In this document: positions 17,232 through 26,000 of the stretch, piece after piece
Layout of the letters: every line of letters begins with the position of its first letter
Numbering within the stretch: position 1 is the stretch's first letter
DNA from: a virus
Lineage: Duplodnaviria; Caudoviricetes
Virus record (IMG/VR): IMGVR_UViG_3300005805_000168
Span: 1 to 41,468 of that record
Reading direction: 5' to 3' (one strand)
Length of the DNA: 41,468 nucleotides
Made by a program: the position numbers and the translations under genes
The notes under the pieces: generated by a model
Told to the model about the DNA's origin: nothing
The model's input: only the letters and a program-made list of their open reading frames with translations
Database searches by the model: none

Positions 17232-17443
17232 CCCCAATCTTTGTGATTGCCTGATTCTTCATTGTCACGATAACCTGCGGTGTAAGCAGTGATTTCCTCG
17301 GCCGTCATAGCATCCAGCGGAATGCGAGGACTGGTCATTGTAGCGCCTGCATAAAAGTGAGGGTTGAAGGGACGACCATAGTAAGAATCGGCCGCACCCC
17401 TGTCGTAGGGACCACCGTGTCGTTCATCGTACAGTTTGGACAT
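17228..17443 (-). CDS. conserved phage hypothetical protein
   Basis: RHGGPYDRGAADSYYGR...AYTAGY; GGAG SD before ATG at 17443. Confidence 0.7.
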   Translation of the reverse strand: MSKLYDERHGGPYDRGAADSYYGRPFNPHFYAGATMTSPRIPLDAMTAEEITAYTAGYRDNEESGNHKDWG

Positions 17444-17466
17444 ATCTTTCTCCATTCAATAAACAT

Positions 17467-17495
17467 ATTATATATCCAAACCGATTTATTGTCAA
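17467..17495 (-). promoter_or_regulatory. sigma70 early promoter (extended motif)
   Basis: TTGACA ATAAATCGGTTTGGATA TATAAT. Confidence 0.85.
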
Positions 17496-17497
17496 CC

Positions 17498-18007
17498 TCA
17501 GATTTCCTTGTTTTTCATATGCAACCAAATTTTGTTATTTAGTTCATCATATTCGAACGGCACACCATTTACGGTGTGCGGTTCTTGTTCATCGTATGTC
17601 CAGCCCAGAGCCTTCATCATGCGGTGCTTGACCAACAGATTAGGGCTACGAAAGACTTCAGGATCACGGAATCCCATCATGACGCCGACTTCGCAGACAG
17701 CGCCACTACGGCATACACCTGCATGGCAATGAACAATCACATTCATATGGTTGTCCAATGCATGTTGCAACAGGCGAACCAGTTCGTTAGCTTGTTCTTG
17801 GCTGCAACGCATAGCCTCATCTAGGACAAAGTCATCCTTTTCTACATCTAGGAACTGGAACTGATGAACTTCCTTGAAGCTAAACTTCGGAGTAGGAAAA
17901 TCCCCAGGAGGATCGCAGATTTGGATCAGCATGGAATTGGGTCCCGGATCGAAGTGGAAACCCTTACGTGCATCAGCCAAAGAAATGTTTTGAATCCAGT
18001 TGTTCAT
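17498..18007 (-). CDS. protein-tyrosine/dual-specificity phosphatase-like protein
   Basis: HCX5RS loop VHCHAGVCRSGA; FLD general-acid loop. Confidence 0.8.
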   Translation of the reverse strand: MNNWIQNISLADARKGFHFDPGPNSMLIQICDPPGDFPTPKFSFKEVHQFQFLDVEKDDFVLDEAMRCSQEQANELVRLLQHALDNHMNVIVHCHAGVCRSGAVCEVGVMMGFRDPEVFRSPNLLVKHRMMKALGWTYDEQEPHTVNGVPFEYDELNNKIWLHMKNKEI

Positions 18008-18026
18008 ATTATTACCTCAAGCACAG

Positions 18027-18055
18027 ATTATATACTATTCGGTAATTTCTGTCAA
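18027..18055 (-). promoter_or_regulatory. sigma70 promoter
   Basis: TTGACA-17 bp-TATAAT. Confidence 0.8.
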
Positions 18056-18058
18056 ATA

Positions 18059-18646
18059 TTAACGATTTTGGATTACCTTATCTGCTAGCCCATAATCTAC
18101 AGCCTCTTGTGCAGACATAAAGAAGTCACGCTCCATGTCTTGTTGCAATTGCATGTAATTACGACCTTTAGAATTATGCTTAACATAGATATCAGTCAAT
18201 GACTTTTTAAGTGCAAGAATTTCTCTCACTTGGATTTCCATGTCAGTTGCTTGACCTCTTGCACCGCCGCTTGGTTGGTGAATCATATGACGGGCATGTG
18301 GTAGAATCATGCGTTTACCGGGTGCACCTGACTGTGCAAGTAGACTACCCATACTACAAGCCTGTCCCATGACAATCGTTTGTACATCAGGCTTAATAAA
18401 CTGCATCGTATCATAGATAGCCATACCAGCAGTAACACTGCCACCAGGACTGTTGATATATAGGCTGATATCTTTGTCGGGGTTTTCGCTTTCTAGAAAC
18501 AACAACTGTGCGACGATTAGATTGGCCATCTGGTCGTGTACTTCACCTTCAAGTAAAATTACACGGTCACGCAACAATCGGCTATAAATGTCATAGCTGC
18601 GTTCGCCACGACTTGTTTGTTCCAAAACGATAGGTACCAAACTCAT
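18059..18646 (-). CDS. clpP: ATP-dependent Clp protease proteolytic subunit
   Basis: [19 protein letters not shown]; catalytic triad GQACSMG / MIHQP / ERDFFM. Confidence 0.97.
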   Translation of the reverse strand: MSLVPIVLEQTSRGERSYDIYSRLLRDRVILLEGEVHDQMANLIVAQLLFLESENPDKDISLYINSPGGSVTAGMAIYDTMQFIKPDVQTIVMGQACSMGSLLAQSGAPGKRMILPHARHMIHQPSGGARGQATDMEIQVREILALKKSLTDIYVKHNSKGRNYMQLQQDMERDFFMSAQEAVDYGLADKVIQNR

Positions 18647-18671
18647 AAAATTCCTTTGTCAAATAAAGACA

Positions 18672-18699
18672 ATTATACAGGAATTTTTCTGACTGTCAA
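18672..18699 (-). promoter_or_regulatory. sigma70 promoter of clpP
   Basis: TTGACA-16 bp-TATAAT. Confidence 0.65.
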
Positions 18700-18702
18700 C
18701 AG

Positions 18703-20253
18703 TTATTTGCGTTTCTTACGCCCAACGTCACCCACTGAAGTGGGCTCTTTTGCTAGTACAGAACTGCCACCTTTGGCTATTTTTTCTGCTCCTGCAGTAA
18801 AATCTTTTTCAGTTTGGTCAGTACCAGCTGTACCTATCCCCAATTCATTTGGTTGTTCTAGACTAGTTTTCGGGTCTGTGTTGGATAGCTTGAAACTGAA
18901 CCCACCTTTAGTAGGATCAGTTGCACCTGATTTAGATTCTAATGTGATTTTACCTTCCAACTTGGCAGGCCATTGTGTGGCGAAACTCATAGTACGTGAC
19001 TTGGCATCATAGTCCGCATACTGTTGTATGAAATTCATATCTAAGATTGCAAGAATAACGTCTTGGAAATCCGGTAATGCATTACCTTCATTTACCGCTT
19101 GCATAACTGCAAGCTTTACTGCATGTGTTAATTTACCACCATCACTACTAGGTTTTTTGAAATCAATATCAGACCACAAACTTTGATATTCTGGTAACGC
19201 TAAATTTTTTCTTTGTTTGAATGCTGCCATACTGTCATTAACACGATTAATGATATCAGCTTTCCATGGTAAAAATTCATTAAATTTTTCAGGTATGGCA
19301 TCAGGAACATATTGATATAACAAATTCATAGCTTGGAATACTTGGCTAATAGTTCTTGGTTCTGGTAGATTATATTTGGGATTTTTTCCACTGTCACACA
19401 AATCTATGAATGCCACACTAGCTTCATAATCGGGATTATCTCTAATCTCCTGAGGAATCTTCAATCCACCAACACTAGGAGGTGCTCCGCCGCCTTTACC
19501 CTTGCTAGAAATATTTACAGTGTGTTGAGTTTTTTCGTTTTTAATACTTGCAAAACTATCTGCAATATTTGTATTTGATTTGCTAGGAAAATTAATCGTT
19601 AATGAGCTTACTTCACCTCCTAACCACTTTTCAAAACCTTGTCTGCGTGGAAATCTTGAAGTACCTTGAACAAGTGCTAACACACCTAGATATTCGCCTG
19701 CATAGTCTACGATACTTGCACGTATCTTTGTAGATACTTCTTTAGGTATAGTAGGATTATTACCTTGCATGATAGTTTCTGCCATCTGTATTACTATTTG
19801 TCCGTAATCAGTAGATTGCAGAACTGAATTATTAATGATAGCATCACCCAATTCAGTAGCAGGTATGTCTTGGTCTGTGATACCTATTTGACTAGGTTTT
19901 AATAATGCAGCTTCCTTACCTGTTTCTTCGCCTTCTTCACCCGTGCTAGCTTGGCCACCTAAATCTTTGGTTTTCAATAACTGACTAAGTGGTAATTCTT
20001 TCTTTTCTCCACCATCAGTTGTGACTGCCATTTTAAGTGTTCCGGTAAACTTGTTATCGTCATACATAGCTTGGAATCTATCAGCTTCAGACGGATCAGC
20101 AATAACGGGTTCTTTGTCTACAGTGTAGAAAGGAACTTCATTCCTAATCATTGTGATAAATTTATCAAAACGTTCAGGGTATTTTTTAATTGTACCGGCA
20201 CTAAGTGTGCGGTCTTCTGCAAGGTAAGCAATTTTATCTAATAAATCACGCAT
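18703..20253 (-). CDS. hypothetical 516-aa protein, probably late-expressed
   Basis: long ORF preceded by CATAAATA at 20261..20268. Confidence 0.75.
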   Translation of the reverse strand: MRDLLDKIAYLAEDRTLSAGTIKKYPERFDKFITMIRNEVPFYTVDKEPVIADPSEADRFQAMYDDNKFTGTLKMAVTTDGGEKKELPLSQLLKTKDLGGQASTGEEGEETGKEAALLKPSQIGITDQDIPATELGDAIINNSVLQSTDYGQIVIQMAETIMQGNNPTIPKEVSTKIRASIVDYAGEYLGVLALVQGTSRFPRRQGFEKWLGGEVSSLTINFPSKSNTNIADSFASIKNEKTQHTVNISSKGKGGGAPPSVGGLKIPQEIRDNPDYEASVAFIDLCDSGKNPKYNLPEPRTISQVFQAMNLLYQYVPDAIPEKFNEFLPWKADIINRVNDSMAAFKQRKNLALPEYQSLWSDIDFKKPSSDGGKLTHAVKLAVMQAVNEGNALPDFQDVILAILDMNFIQQYADYDAKSRTMSFATQWPAKLEGKITLESKSGATDPTKGGFSFKLSNTDPKTSLEQPNELGIGTAGTDQTEKDFTAGAEKIAKGGSSVLAKEPTSVGDVGRKKRK

Positions 20254-20272
20254 AATCTATTATTTATGCTTT

Positions 20273-20764
20273 TTAGCACTTAAATAAATTTTGGTGTTTG
20301 AACCATTTGCGTATACTATGCGCTCTACGCAACGGGATCCCGTGTTTTGCTAGTCTGTCACGAAATATAAAAAAGCTAGGTCCATGACTCATTAGCGGTT
20401 TCTTACCTTCTTTTTGACGCTTGAAGCTAATAACGTCCCATTGATATTGGTGACACATTTCATGTGCTAAGGTCATTATTAACCATTGTTTACAATACCA
20501 TTTATTATTAAGTGTTATTACGCAATTACTGCGCTTATTATTTGTTGGCACGAAATGTTTTGCAGCACACATTCCCCAGTAATCTTGTGACCGTTGAAGA
20601 ACACGAAATTCCGGTAAGGGTAACCTATTATTGAATATCTCTTTGTTCAATAGTTTAAAAAGCCCGACAATTTCACGATGTGAGGTTCTGTACGCCTGCC
20701 TTTTTTGGTATGTAAGGCCGGGCATATCCTCATACATCATTTGTTGTAGAGTGTTCTTGGACAT
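20273..20764 (-). CDS. SprT-like zinc metalloprotease
   Basis: LNKEIFNNRLP...TLAHEMCH...HGPSF; CATAAATA at 20769..20776. Confidence 0.8.
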   Translation of the reverse strand: MSKNTLQQMMYEDMPGLTYQKRQAYRTSHREIVGLFKLLNKEIFNNRLPLPEFRVLQRSQDYWGMCAAKHFVPTNNKRSNCVITLNNKWYCKQWLIMTLAHEMCHQYQWDVISFKRQKEGKKPLMSHGPSFFIFRDRLAKHGIPLRRAHSIRKWFKHQNLFKC

Positions 20765-20873
20765 AATGTATTTATGCTATCATTTTTACCAAAAATCTCA
20801 AAATTATTAGGAAAAATTGAGCTTTGGGGTATAACCCGTTAAATACATTGTTAACTATATTTAGGAGAACATA

Positions 20874-21194
20874 ATGGAATTAGTTATTATCATTGCCGTA
20901 ATTGCAGCAGCAGTATGGTATTTCTTTTTTAGAGACAAAGAACTGGTAAAAGAGGCAAAGTCTGAGGCTCCCTACAAAGTTGAGGTTGAGACCAAACCCG
21001 AGCCTGTCGCTACACAAGCAGAAGCAAAACCTGTTACTGAACCCGTTGTCGTAGAGGAAGCACCGAAAGCAGAACCAGCTGTTGTTAAACCAGCAAAAAC
21101 TAAACGTGCTGCAAAACCTAAGGCAGAAAAAACAACTGCTAAGGCCCCTGCAAAACCTAGAACGAAAAAACCATCAATGACCGTTGCTAAGTAA
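20874..21194 (+). CDS. membrane-anchored protein with Lys/Ala/Pro-rich tail
   Basis: N-terminal TM, APYKVE, KPAKTKRAAKPKAEK tail; AGGAG SD; GTTAAATA at 20838..20845. Confidence 0.75.
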   Translation: MELVIIIAVIAAAVWYFFFRDKELVKEAKSEAPYKVEVETKPEPVATQAEAKPVTEPVVVEEAPKAEPAVVKPAKTKRAAKPKAEKTTAKAPAKPRTKKPSMTVAK

Positions 21195-21199
21195 ATTTG

Positions 21200-21898
21200 A
21201 TGAAGATCGGATTTGATTTAATAAGTGATTTAAACCTCTCGCCTGACGATAATTTTAATTGGGAAAATAAAGCTACCAGTTTATATTGCCTAGTGGCTGG
21301 GAACATAAGTTCAGATTTAAGAACTATACTATTGACGTTAAATCATTTATCAAGGTTTTATCAGGGTGTTTTCTATACCCCAGGTTCATTAGAATTTGAG
21401 GGTGTAGAAAACTATAACAAACGGATGAATGATATCACCGGTATTTGCAAGAAAATACGTAACGTGGCATTATTACACCATCACGTTGTTATTATAGATG
21501 GCATTGCAATCTTGGGCTGTACAGGATGGTATGGTGATGAAGATAACTATAATTTTGAAGAAGTACACGGTGTAAACAGGTTCGAGGACTTAGTGTACTT
21601 GAAAAATTCAATAGACAAGTTGCAAAAACACTTGGATGTTAAAAGAATTTTAGTTTTAACAAACAGTGTTCCTAACAAGAATTTATATTTCGGAGAGTCT
21701 CCTGAAAGCATAGAAAATCTTCCAGAACTTTCATTAGTATTAGATTCTGATTTAGAATCAAAAATTTCTAATTGGGCGTATGGATCGTATAAAAAAATAG
21801 TTGATACCAATGTAGACGGTATCAACTATGTTTGCAACCCCTATACGTATTATAAAAAGAACACGTATTGGGCTAAAAGAATTGATGTAGAAGTTTAA
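21200..21898 (+). CDS. degenerate (probably inactive) metallophosphoesterase-fold protein
   Basis: SDLNL, AGNI, PGSLEF, TNSVP, YGSY replace DLH, GD, GNHE, H and HGHTH; CNP retained. Confidence 0.7.
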   Translation: MKIGFDLISDLNLSPDDNFNWENKATSLYCLVAGNISSDLRTILLTLNHLSRFYQGVFYTPGSLEFEGVENYNKRMNDITGICKKIRNVALLHHHVVIIDGIAILGCTGWYGDEDNYNFEEVHGVNRFEDLVYLKNSIDKLQKHLDVKRILVLTNSVPNKNLYFGESPESIENLPELSLVLDSDLESKISNWAYGSYKKIVDTNVDGINYVCNPYTYYKKNTYWAKRIDVEV

Positions 21899-22200
21899 GC
21901 TTCTGCTTCCACTTTAATTTGCAAGGGATATCCTTGAGCCCTTGCATCCAAAGTAACTTCAATGCCCTTTTGTTCAGCGATTTCATATGGGAGGATTGCT
22001 ACTACAGCACTTCCTTCATCATGAATGTTTTTTGTTATTGTAGTAGCAGTATCCACATTATAATTGAAATAATCAACCAATGACTGAACCACAAATTCCA
22101 TCGATGTAACATCATCATTAATGTAAATGATTTTAAACAACGGAGGTTCTTGAAGACCAATATTAGGCTTGATTTTAACTTTGGTTTCTGTTTTTGACAT
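21895..22200 (-). CDS. clpS: Clp protease adaptor ClpS
   Basis: EPPLFKIIYINDDVTSMEFVV...IHDEGSAVV...YEIAEQK...GYPL. Confidence 0.93.
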   Translation of the reverse strand: MSKTETKVKIKPNIGLQEPPLFKIIYINDDVTSMEFVVQSLVDYFNYNVDTATTITKNIHDEGSAVVAILPYEIAEQKGIEVTLDARAQGYPLQIKVEAEA

Positions 22201-22214
22201 GTTTTGTTCTCTTT

Positions 22215-22244
22215 AAAAAAGTGTGCGACGAATGCCGCACACTT
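22215..22244 (-). terminator. intrinsic terminator after hsp20
   Basis: AAGTGTGCGGC ATTC GTCGCACACTT followed by a T run. Confidence 0.7.
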
Positions 22245-22259
22245 GTCACTACTATAATA

Positions 22260-22703
22260 TTATTTAGTGTAGGTAATTGCAATCTTCTTGGGTTTTTGTT
22301 CTTCAGGAACTTGTCGTTCTAGTTGAACAGTTAAAATCCCATCTTTGATTTCCGCTCCAGTTACTTCTACATGATCTGCTAAAGTCCAAGAACGTAGAAA
22401 ATTGCGGGCACTAATGCCACGATGTAGATACTCAATATTTTCATTAAGTTCTACTGATTTCTCTCCCTTTACTGTCAGTTGATTTTTTTCAACGGTTACA
22501 TCAATGTCACCGTCTTTAAAACCAGCAACGGCTAATTCAATAGCGAATTTGTCATCACTAAATTTTACGACATTATAAGGGGGATAGTTTGTTCCTGCTT
22601 GTGCATTTGTATGACGCAATAGTTCATCGAACATGTTGTCAAAACCAACTGCAAATTTGTGAATAGACGGAATGTCTAAGGAACGTAGAGATAGGTTTGT
22701 CAT
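22260..22703 (-). CDS. small heat-shock protein Hsp20 (IbpA-like)
   Basis: VGFD...NYPPYN...IELAVAGF...YLHRGIS.R.F...DGILTV..PEEQKPKKI; start at 22703 after AAGGAG. Confidence 0.93.
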   Translation of the reverse strand: MTNLSLRSLDIPSIHKFAVGFDNMFDELLRHTNAQAGTNYPPYNVVKFSDDKFAIELAVAGFKDGDIDVTVEKNQLTVKGEKSVELNENIEYLHRGISARNFLRSWTLADHVEVTGAEIKDGILTVQLERQVPEEQKPKKIAITYTK

Positions 22704-22761
22704 TTCAATTCTCCTTTCATTAAGCAAGAATGACATGTAGACCCGACCATCGGCATCTACA
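22701..22761 (-). promoter_or_regulatory. ROSE-like RNA thermometer leader of hsp20
   Basis: UUCUUGCUUAAUGAAAGGAGAA (UUGCU opposite SD) preceded by hairpin GUAGAUGCCGA-UGG-UCGGGUCUAC. Confidence 0.6.
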
Positions 22762-22807
22762 ACATTATTTATTATACGTGATTACGCAAAAAAATAAAGT
22801 ATTTAGG

Positions 22808-23029
22808 TTAAAACAATTTCTTGGGAAGTTCTTGATTTGATAGCCATTTTTTCCAACGTCGGATGGCTTGAGCCTTAGCCAATTTTCTTTTAATGGTAGG
22901 TTTAGTGTAGAATTGTCTTTCGTGCAATTCCATTAATAGACCGTCCTCACTAATTTTCTTTTTAAACTTGCGTAGGGCTTTGTCTACATTACCATCTTGA
23001 ACAATAACTTTTCTACCTTTTATAGTCAT
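22808..23029 (-). CDS. rpsU: ribosomal protein bS21
   Basis: VIVQDGNVDKALRKFKKK...LLMELHERQFYTKPTIKRK. Confidence 0.9.
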   Translation of the reverse strand: MTIKGRKVIVQDGNVDKALRKFKKKISEDGLLMELHERQFYTKPTIKRKLAKAQAIRRWKKWLSNQELPKKLF

Positions 23030-24225
23030 AATAGAGATTTGGGTTTTAGAACTAAATCTTGACTTATATTTATCTTGCTTACGCCATTTTTCTCATATTT
23101 CTTGAGGTTATACATATGAGGCATCAAGACTTTCTCAATTTCAGTGTGTAGACCACGTGCTCCAGTCTTCAAAGTTAGACAATTATTGACTATTTGTTCC
23201 AGTGACGGTTTGTCAAAATTTAATTCTACATTATCTACAGAGAACAAATACTGATATTGTTGGATATAGTTGTTTTTAATGTCGGTCAGAACCTGAAACA
23301 ACTCATCTTTATTCAAGTCTTTAAGTGTAACTGATGTAGTAAATCTTCCGATAAATTCTGGAATCATACCGAATTTAGTCAAATCATCAGGAGATACTTC
23401 CGAAAGATCAACTTCTTCATGTTTGGATTTCACTTCTGCACTGAACCCCATCGTAGTGCCCTTAACCCTAGATTTGATAATTTCTTTGAGTCCTACAAAG
23501 GCTCCACCACTGATGAACAGAATGTTTTTTGTGTTCACTTCTAGCATATCACCACCGGGGTGCTTTCGTCCGCCTCCTGCGGGAATTCTACACACGGTTC
23601 CCTCCACTAACTTAAGTAGAGCCTGTTGAACACCCTCGCCACTTACATCCCTCGTAATGCTAGTGCTTTCACCCTTACGTGCAATTTTATCTATTTCATC
23701 AATAAAAACAATTCCTCTCTCTGCTAACTTGACATCGCCGCCTGCTGCATTTACAAGCATACTAATCATACTTTCTACATCGTCCCCTACATATCCAGCT
23801 TCGGTTAATGATGTAGCATCTGCAACTACAAAAGGAACATTTAAATATTTGGCTACTGTTTTTGCAAGTAGTGTTTTACCTGAACCAGTTGGTCCAATAA
23901 GTAAAATATTGCTTTTGGATATTTCTAAATTAGAAGGGGGATTATCTATTCTTTTGTAATGATTAGCTATAGCTACGCTCAAAGTCATTTTAGCATTTTC
24001 TTGACCTATGACATAGTTATCCAAATAATTTTTTATTTCAACTGGATCGTATTCTTTAACGATCTTTTTGTCAGGTTCTATAGTCGAATCATCAGAAATT
24101 AGTTGGTTGCATAACTCAATGCAATCGCTACATATTGAAACATTTTCTGAAACAATTAATTTTTTTACAGCGTCTTTATGCGATCCGCAAAAAGAACAAT
24201 GATTGATTTTGGTTTCTTGTGTCAT
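23026..24225 (-). CDS. clpX: ATP-dependent Clp protease ATPase subunit ClpX
   Basis: Zn finger CSFCG..CSDC, GPTGSGKT, GYVG pore loop, RDVSGEGVQQ, RKH, MGF loop, TGARGL. Confidence 0.97.
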   Translation of the reverse strand: MTQETKINHCSFCGSHKDAVKKLIVSENVSICSDCIELCNQLISDDSTIEPDKKIVKEYDPVEIKNYLDNYVIGQENAKMTLSVAIANHYKRIDNPPSNLEISKSNILLIGPTGSGKTLLAKTVAKYLNVPFVVADATSLTEAGYVGDDVESMISMLVNAAGGDVKLAERGIVFIDEIDKIARKGESTSITRDVSGEGVQQALLKLVEGTVCRIPAGGGRKHPGGDMLEVNTKNILFISGGAFVGLKEIIKSRVKGTTMGFSAEVKSKHEEVDLSEVSPDDLTKFGMIPEFIGRFTTSVTLKDLNKDELFQVLTDIKNNYIQQYQYLFSVDNVELNFDKPSLEQIVNNCLTLKTGARGLHTEIEKVLMPHMYNLKKYEKNGVSKINISQDLVLKPKSLL

Positions 24226-24277
24226 CTCTTATATATCTATGGAAAATAATTACATTAAATTATATTACTATAATCGA

Positions 24278-25765
24278 TTACTTTCTAGAGTTAAGGTAAG
24301 ATTCGATTTGTTCTTTTTCGTAATCGGATAAAAGTTCAACATCATACTCACCACTTTCTATTTTAGATATTAAGAATTGTATATATTCATCATTTGTCAA
24401 ATAAGAATTTGAACTATCTTTGTTAATTTCAAACCAACGTGTACCATCAAACTTGAAAACACGATTAGGTAGTACATCTACACGCACAAACGTATCACCT
24501 TTATTAGCAAATTTGGGGAAGTGTGTTCCAAAATTAGTTGATGATTTTCCAATATCATCTGCTTCTATTAAAAACAATTCGGGATGCATTTCTTTTAGTG
24601 CTTCTTTTGCAACCATCTTATCATCATAGATAACATATCCTCCATCTACCTCTTTGTAAGTTTTAGATGGAGATATTTTCATATCGGTGTTCATCTTAAC
24701 GGATGAGTCAGTGGTAAGTACACTTGAAGCTGTTAATTCTTCTTCTGTAATTTCTTTGATTACAGGAATAGGTTCTTCTTTGGATACCACAGTTTCAGGT
24801 TTGTATACTTGAGGCGGTATTCGCTCATAGTTATCAGGTAATTTTCCGAACCCAGCATTTAGGTAGGGATATTTTTCAATTAAGGGAGGTTCTTTTTTTT
24901 TAACCTCTGGTTCTATTATGGGTTCTTCTATTTGCGGTTCTTCTACTTTGGGAACCTCAGTTACTAGTTCTTCTTTGGGTTCTTCTTTGGGTTCTTCTTC
25001 GTTGTCCCATTCTCTACTTGCATTAGCAGCCAAGACCAATGCTATTGCCAATGGATCAAAAACTATAACCAACAGAATGATGACCCATCGAACTGCACGT
25101 TCTAATAATTCTGCTCCAGGATTATCCTCATATATCAATGCCGCAATATATTTTATAGGACCAACTTCTGCTTCGATTTTTCGTGTTTCTGCTGCAAGTG
25201 GCGCACGTTCTTCATTTAATTTAGAAATAATTTGCTGTGCATCTGCAATGTCTTTTTGTAATTTTGTTCTTTCTGTAGCCTGTTGCCTACGAATAACTAC
25301 AGCACGTTCTACACCCTGTTCTGATTGTCCCCTAGACAGTCGTGTGTCCACTTGGGCATCTAATTGTTGCAAGGCTTTCCGTGCTAGTTCTATATTGTCT
25401 CGTTGTGTTTTAATTTTTTCATCAATAATAGCTAGTTTAGCTTGGGCATCACCTGATACCAATCCTACATCAGTGTGTGCTTTAGATAAGAATCCAAAAA
25501 TACCCATGCTGGTCAACACCGCTAATGCAACTACAGCGGGTACCAGATATAGTTTTAGTATCAAACTAGATTTGTGCCAATATTTTCTCAACCAAACAGT
25601 GGCTGTTATTTTGCCTATTTCTAACATGGATCCCATAATTATAACAGGTATCACTGCTCCAGCAAAAATAGCAGTCAGACCTATAATACTATAATAGGCT
25701 GCAACGGCGCTCAGTGCTAGCGCCACTAATAATGTTAGGTTGGAAAGGCTGAAAATTCTTTTCAT
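24278..25765 (-). CDS. membrane protein with coiled coil, acidic linker and soluble C-terminal domain
   Basis: three N-terminal TMs, coiled coil, TM WVIILLVIVFDPLA, Glu/Pro-rich linker; AATAAATA upstream. Confidence 0.75.
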   Translation of the reverse strand: MKRIFSLSNLTLLVALALSAVAAYYSIIGLTAIFAGAVIPVIIMGSMLEIGKITATVWLRKYWHKSSLILKLYLVPAVVALAVLTSMGIFGFLSKAHTDVGLVSGDAQAKLAIIDEKIKTQRDNIELARKALQQLDAQVDTRLSRGQSEQGVERAVVIRRQQATERTKLQKDIADAQQIISKLNEERAPLAAETRKIEAEVGPIKYIAALIYEDNPGAELLERAVRWVIILLVIVFDPLAIALVLAANASREWDNEEEPKEEPKEELVTEVPKVEEPQIEEPIIEPEVKKKEPPLIEKYPYLNAGFGKLPDNYERIPPQVYKPETVVSKEEPIPVIKEITEEELTASSVLTTDSSVKMNTDMKISPSKTYKEVDGGYVIYDDKMVAKEALKEMHPELFLIEADDIGKSSTNFGTHFPKFANKGDTFVRVDVLPNRVFKFDGTRWFEINKDSSNSYLTNDEYIQFLISKIESGEYDVELLSDYEKEQIESYLNSRK

Positions 25766-25775
25766 AAGTATGTAT

Positions 25776-26000
25776 TTATTCTTCAGTAATATCTGATTTA
25801 TCGTCAGATATTATTCCAAACAAGTGCCCGTATGTATCCACAAACTCTTCCTGACGCATTACTAGTTTTCTAGGGATACCCGGACCTTGTTGTACGTGAT
25901 AGGTGATCCATTTTTCTCCGCCATCACGAACCTTGATTTGTACGATGGATATGGTATCTCCATCTTCAAATTTGTAACTTTTTCCTATTAAATCATTCAT
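25776..26000 (-). CDS. hypothetical protein
   Basis: start MNDLIGK at 26000. Confidence 0.65.
   Translation of the reverse strand: MNDLIGKSYKFEDGDTISIVQIKVRDGGEKWITYHVQQGPGIPRKLVMRQEEFVDTYGHLFGIISDDKSDITEE

Noticed and set aside
18059-24225. Bacterial chromosome origin of the clpP/clpS/hsp20/rpsU/clpX block
   Set aside because: Gene order is not the bacterial tig-clpP-clpX-lon or clpS-clpA arrangement. The genes are interleaved with phage-type orphans and TAAATA promoters and are flanked by rIIAB and a T4-like ligase.
24955-25000. TTCTTCTTTGGG direct repeat
   Set aside because: It encodes EEPKEEPKEE in a disordered linker.
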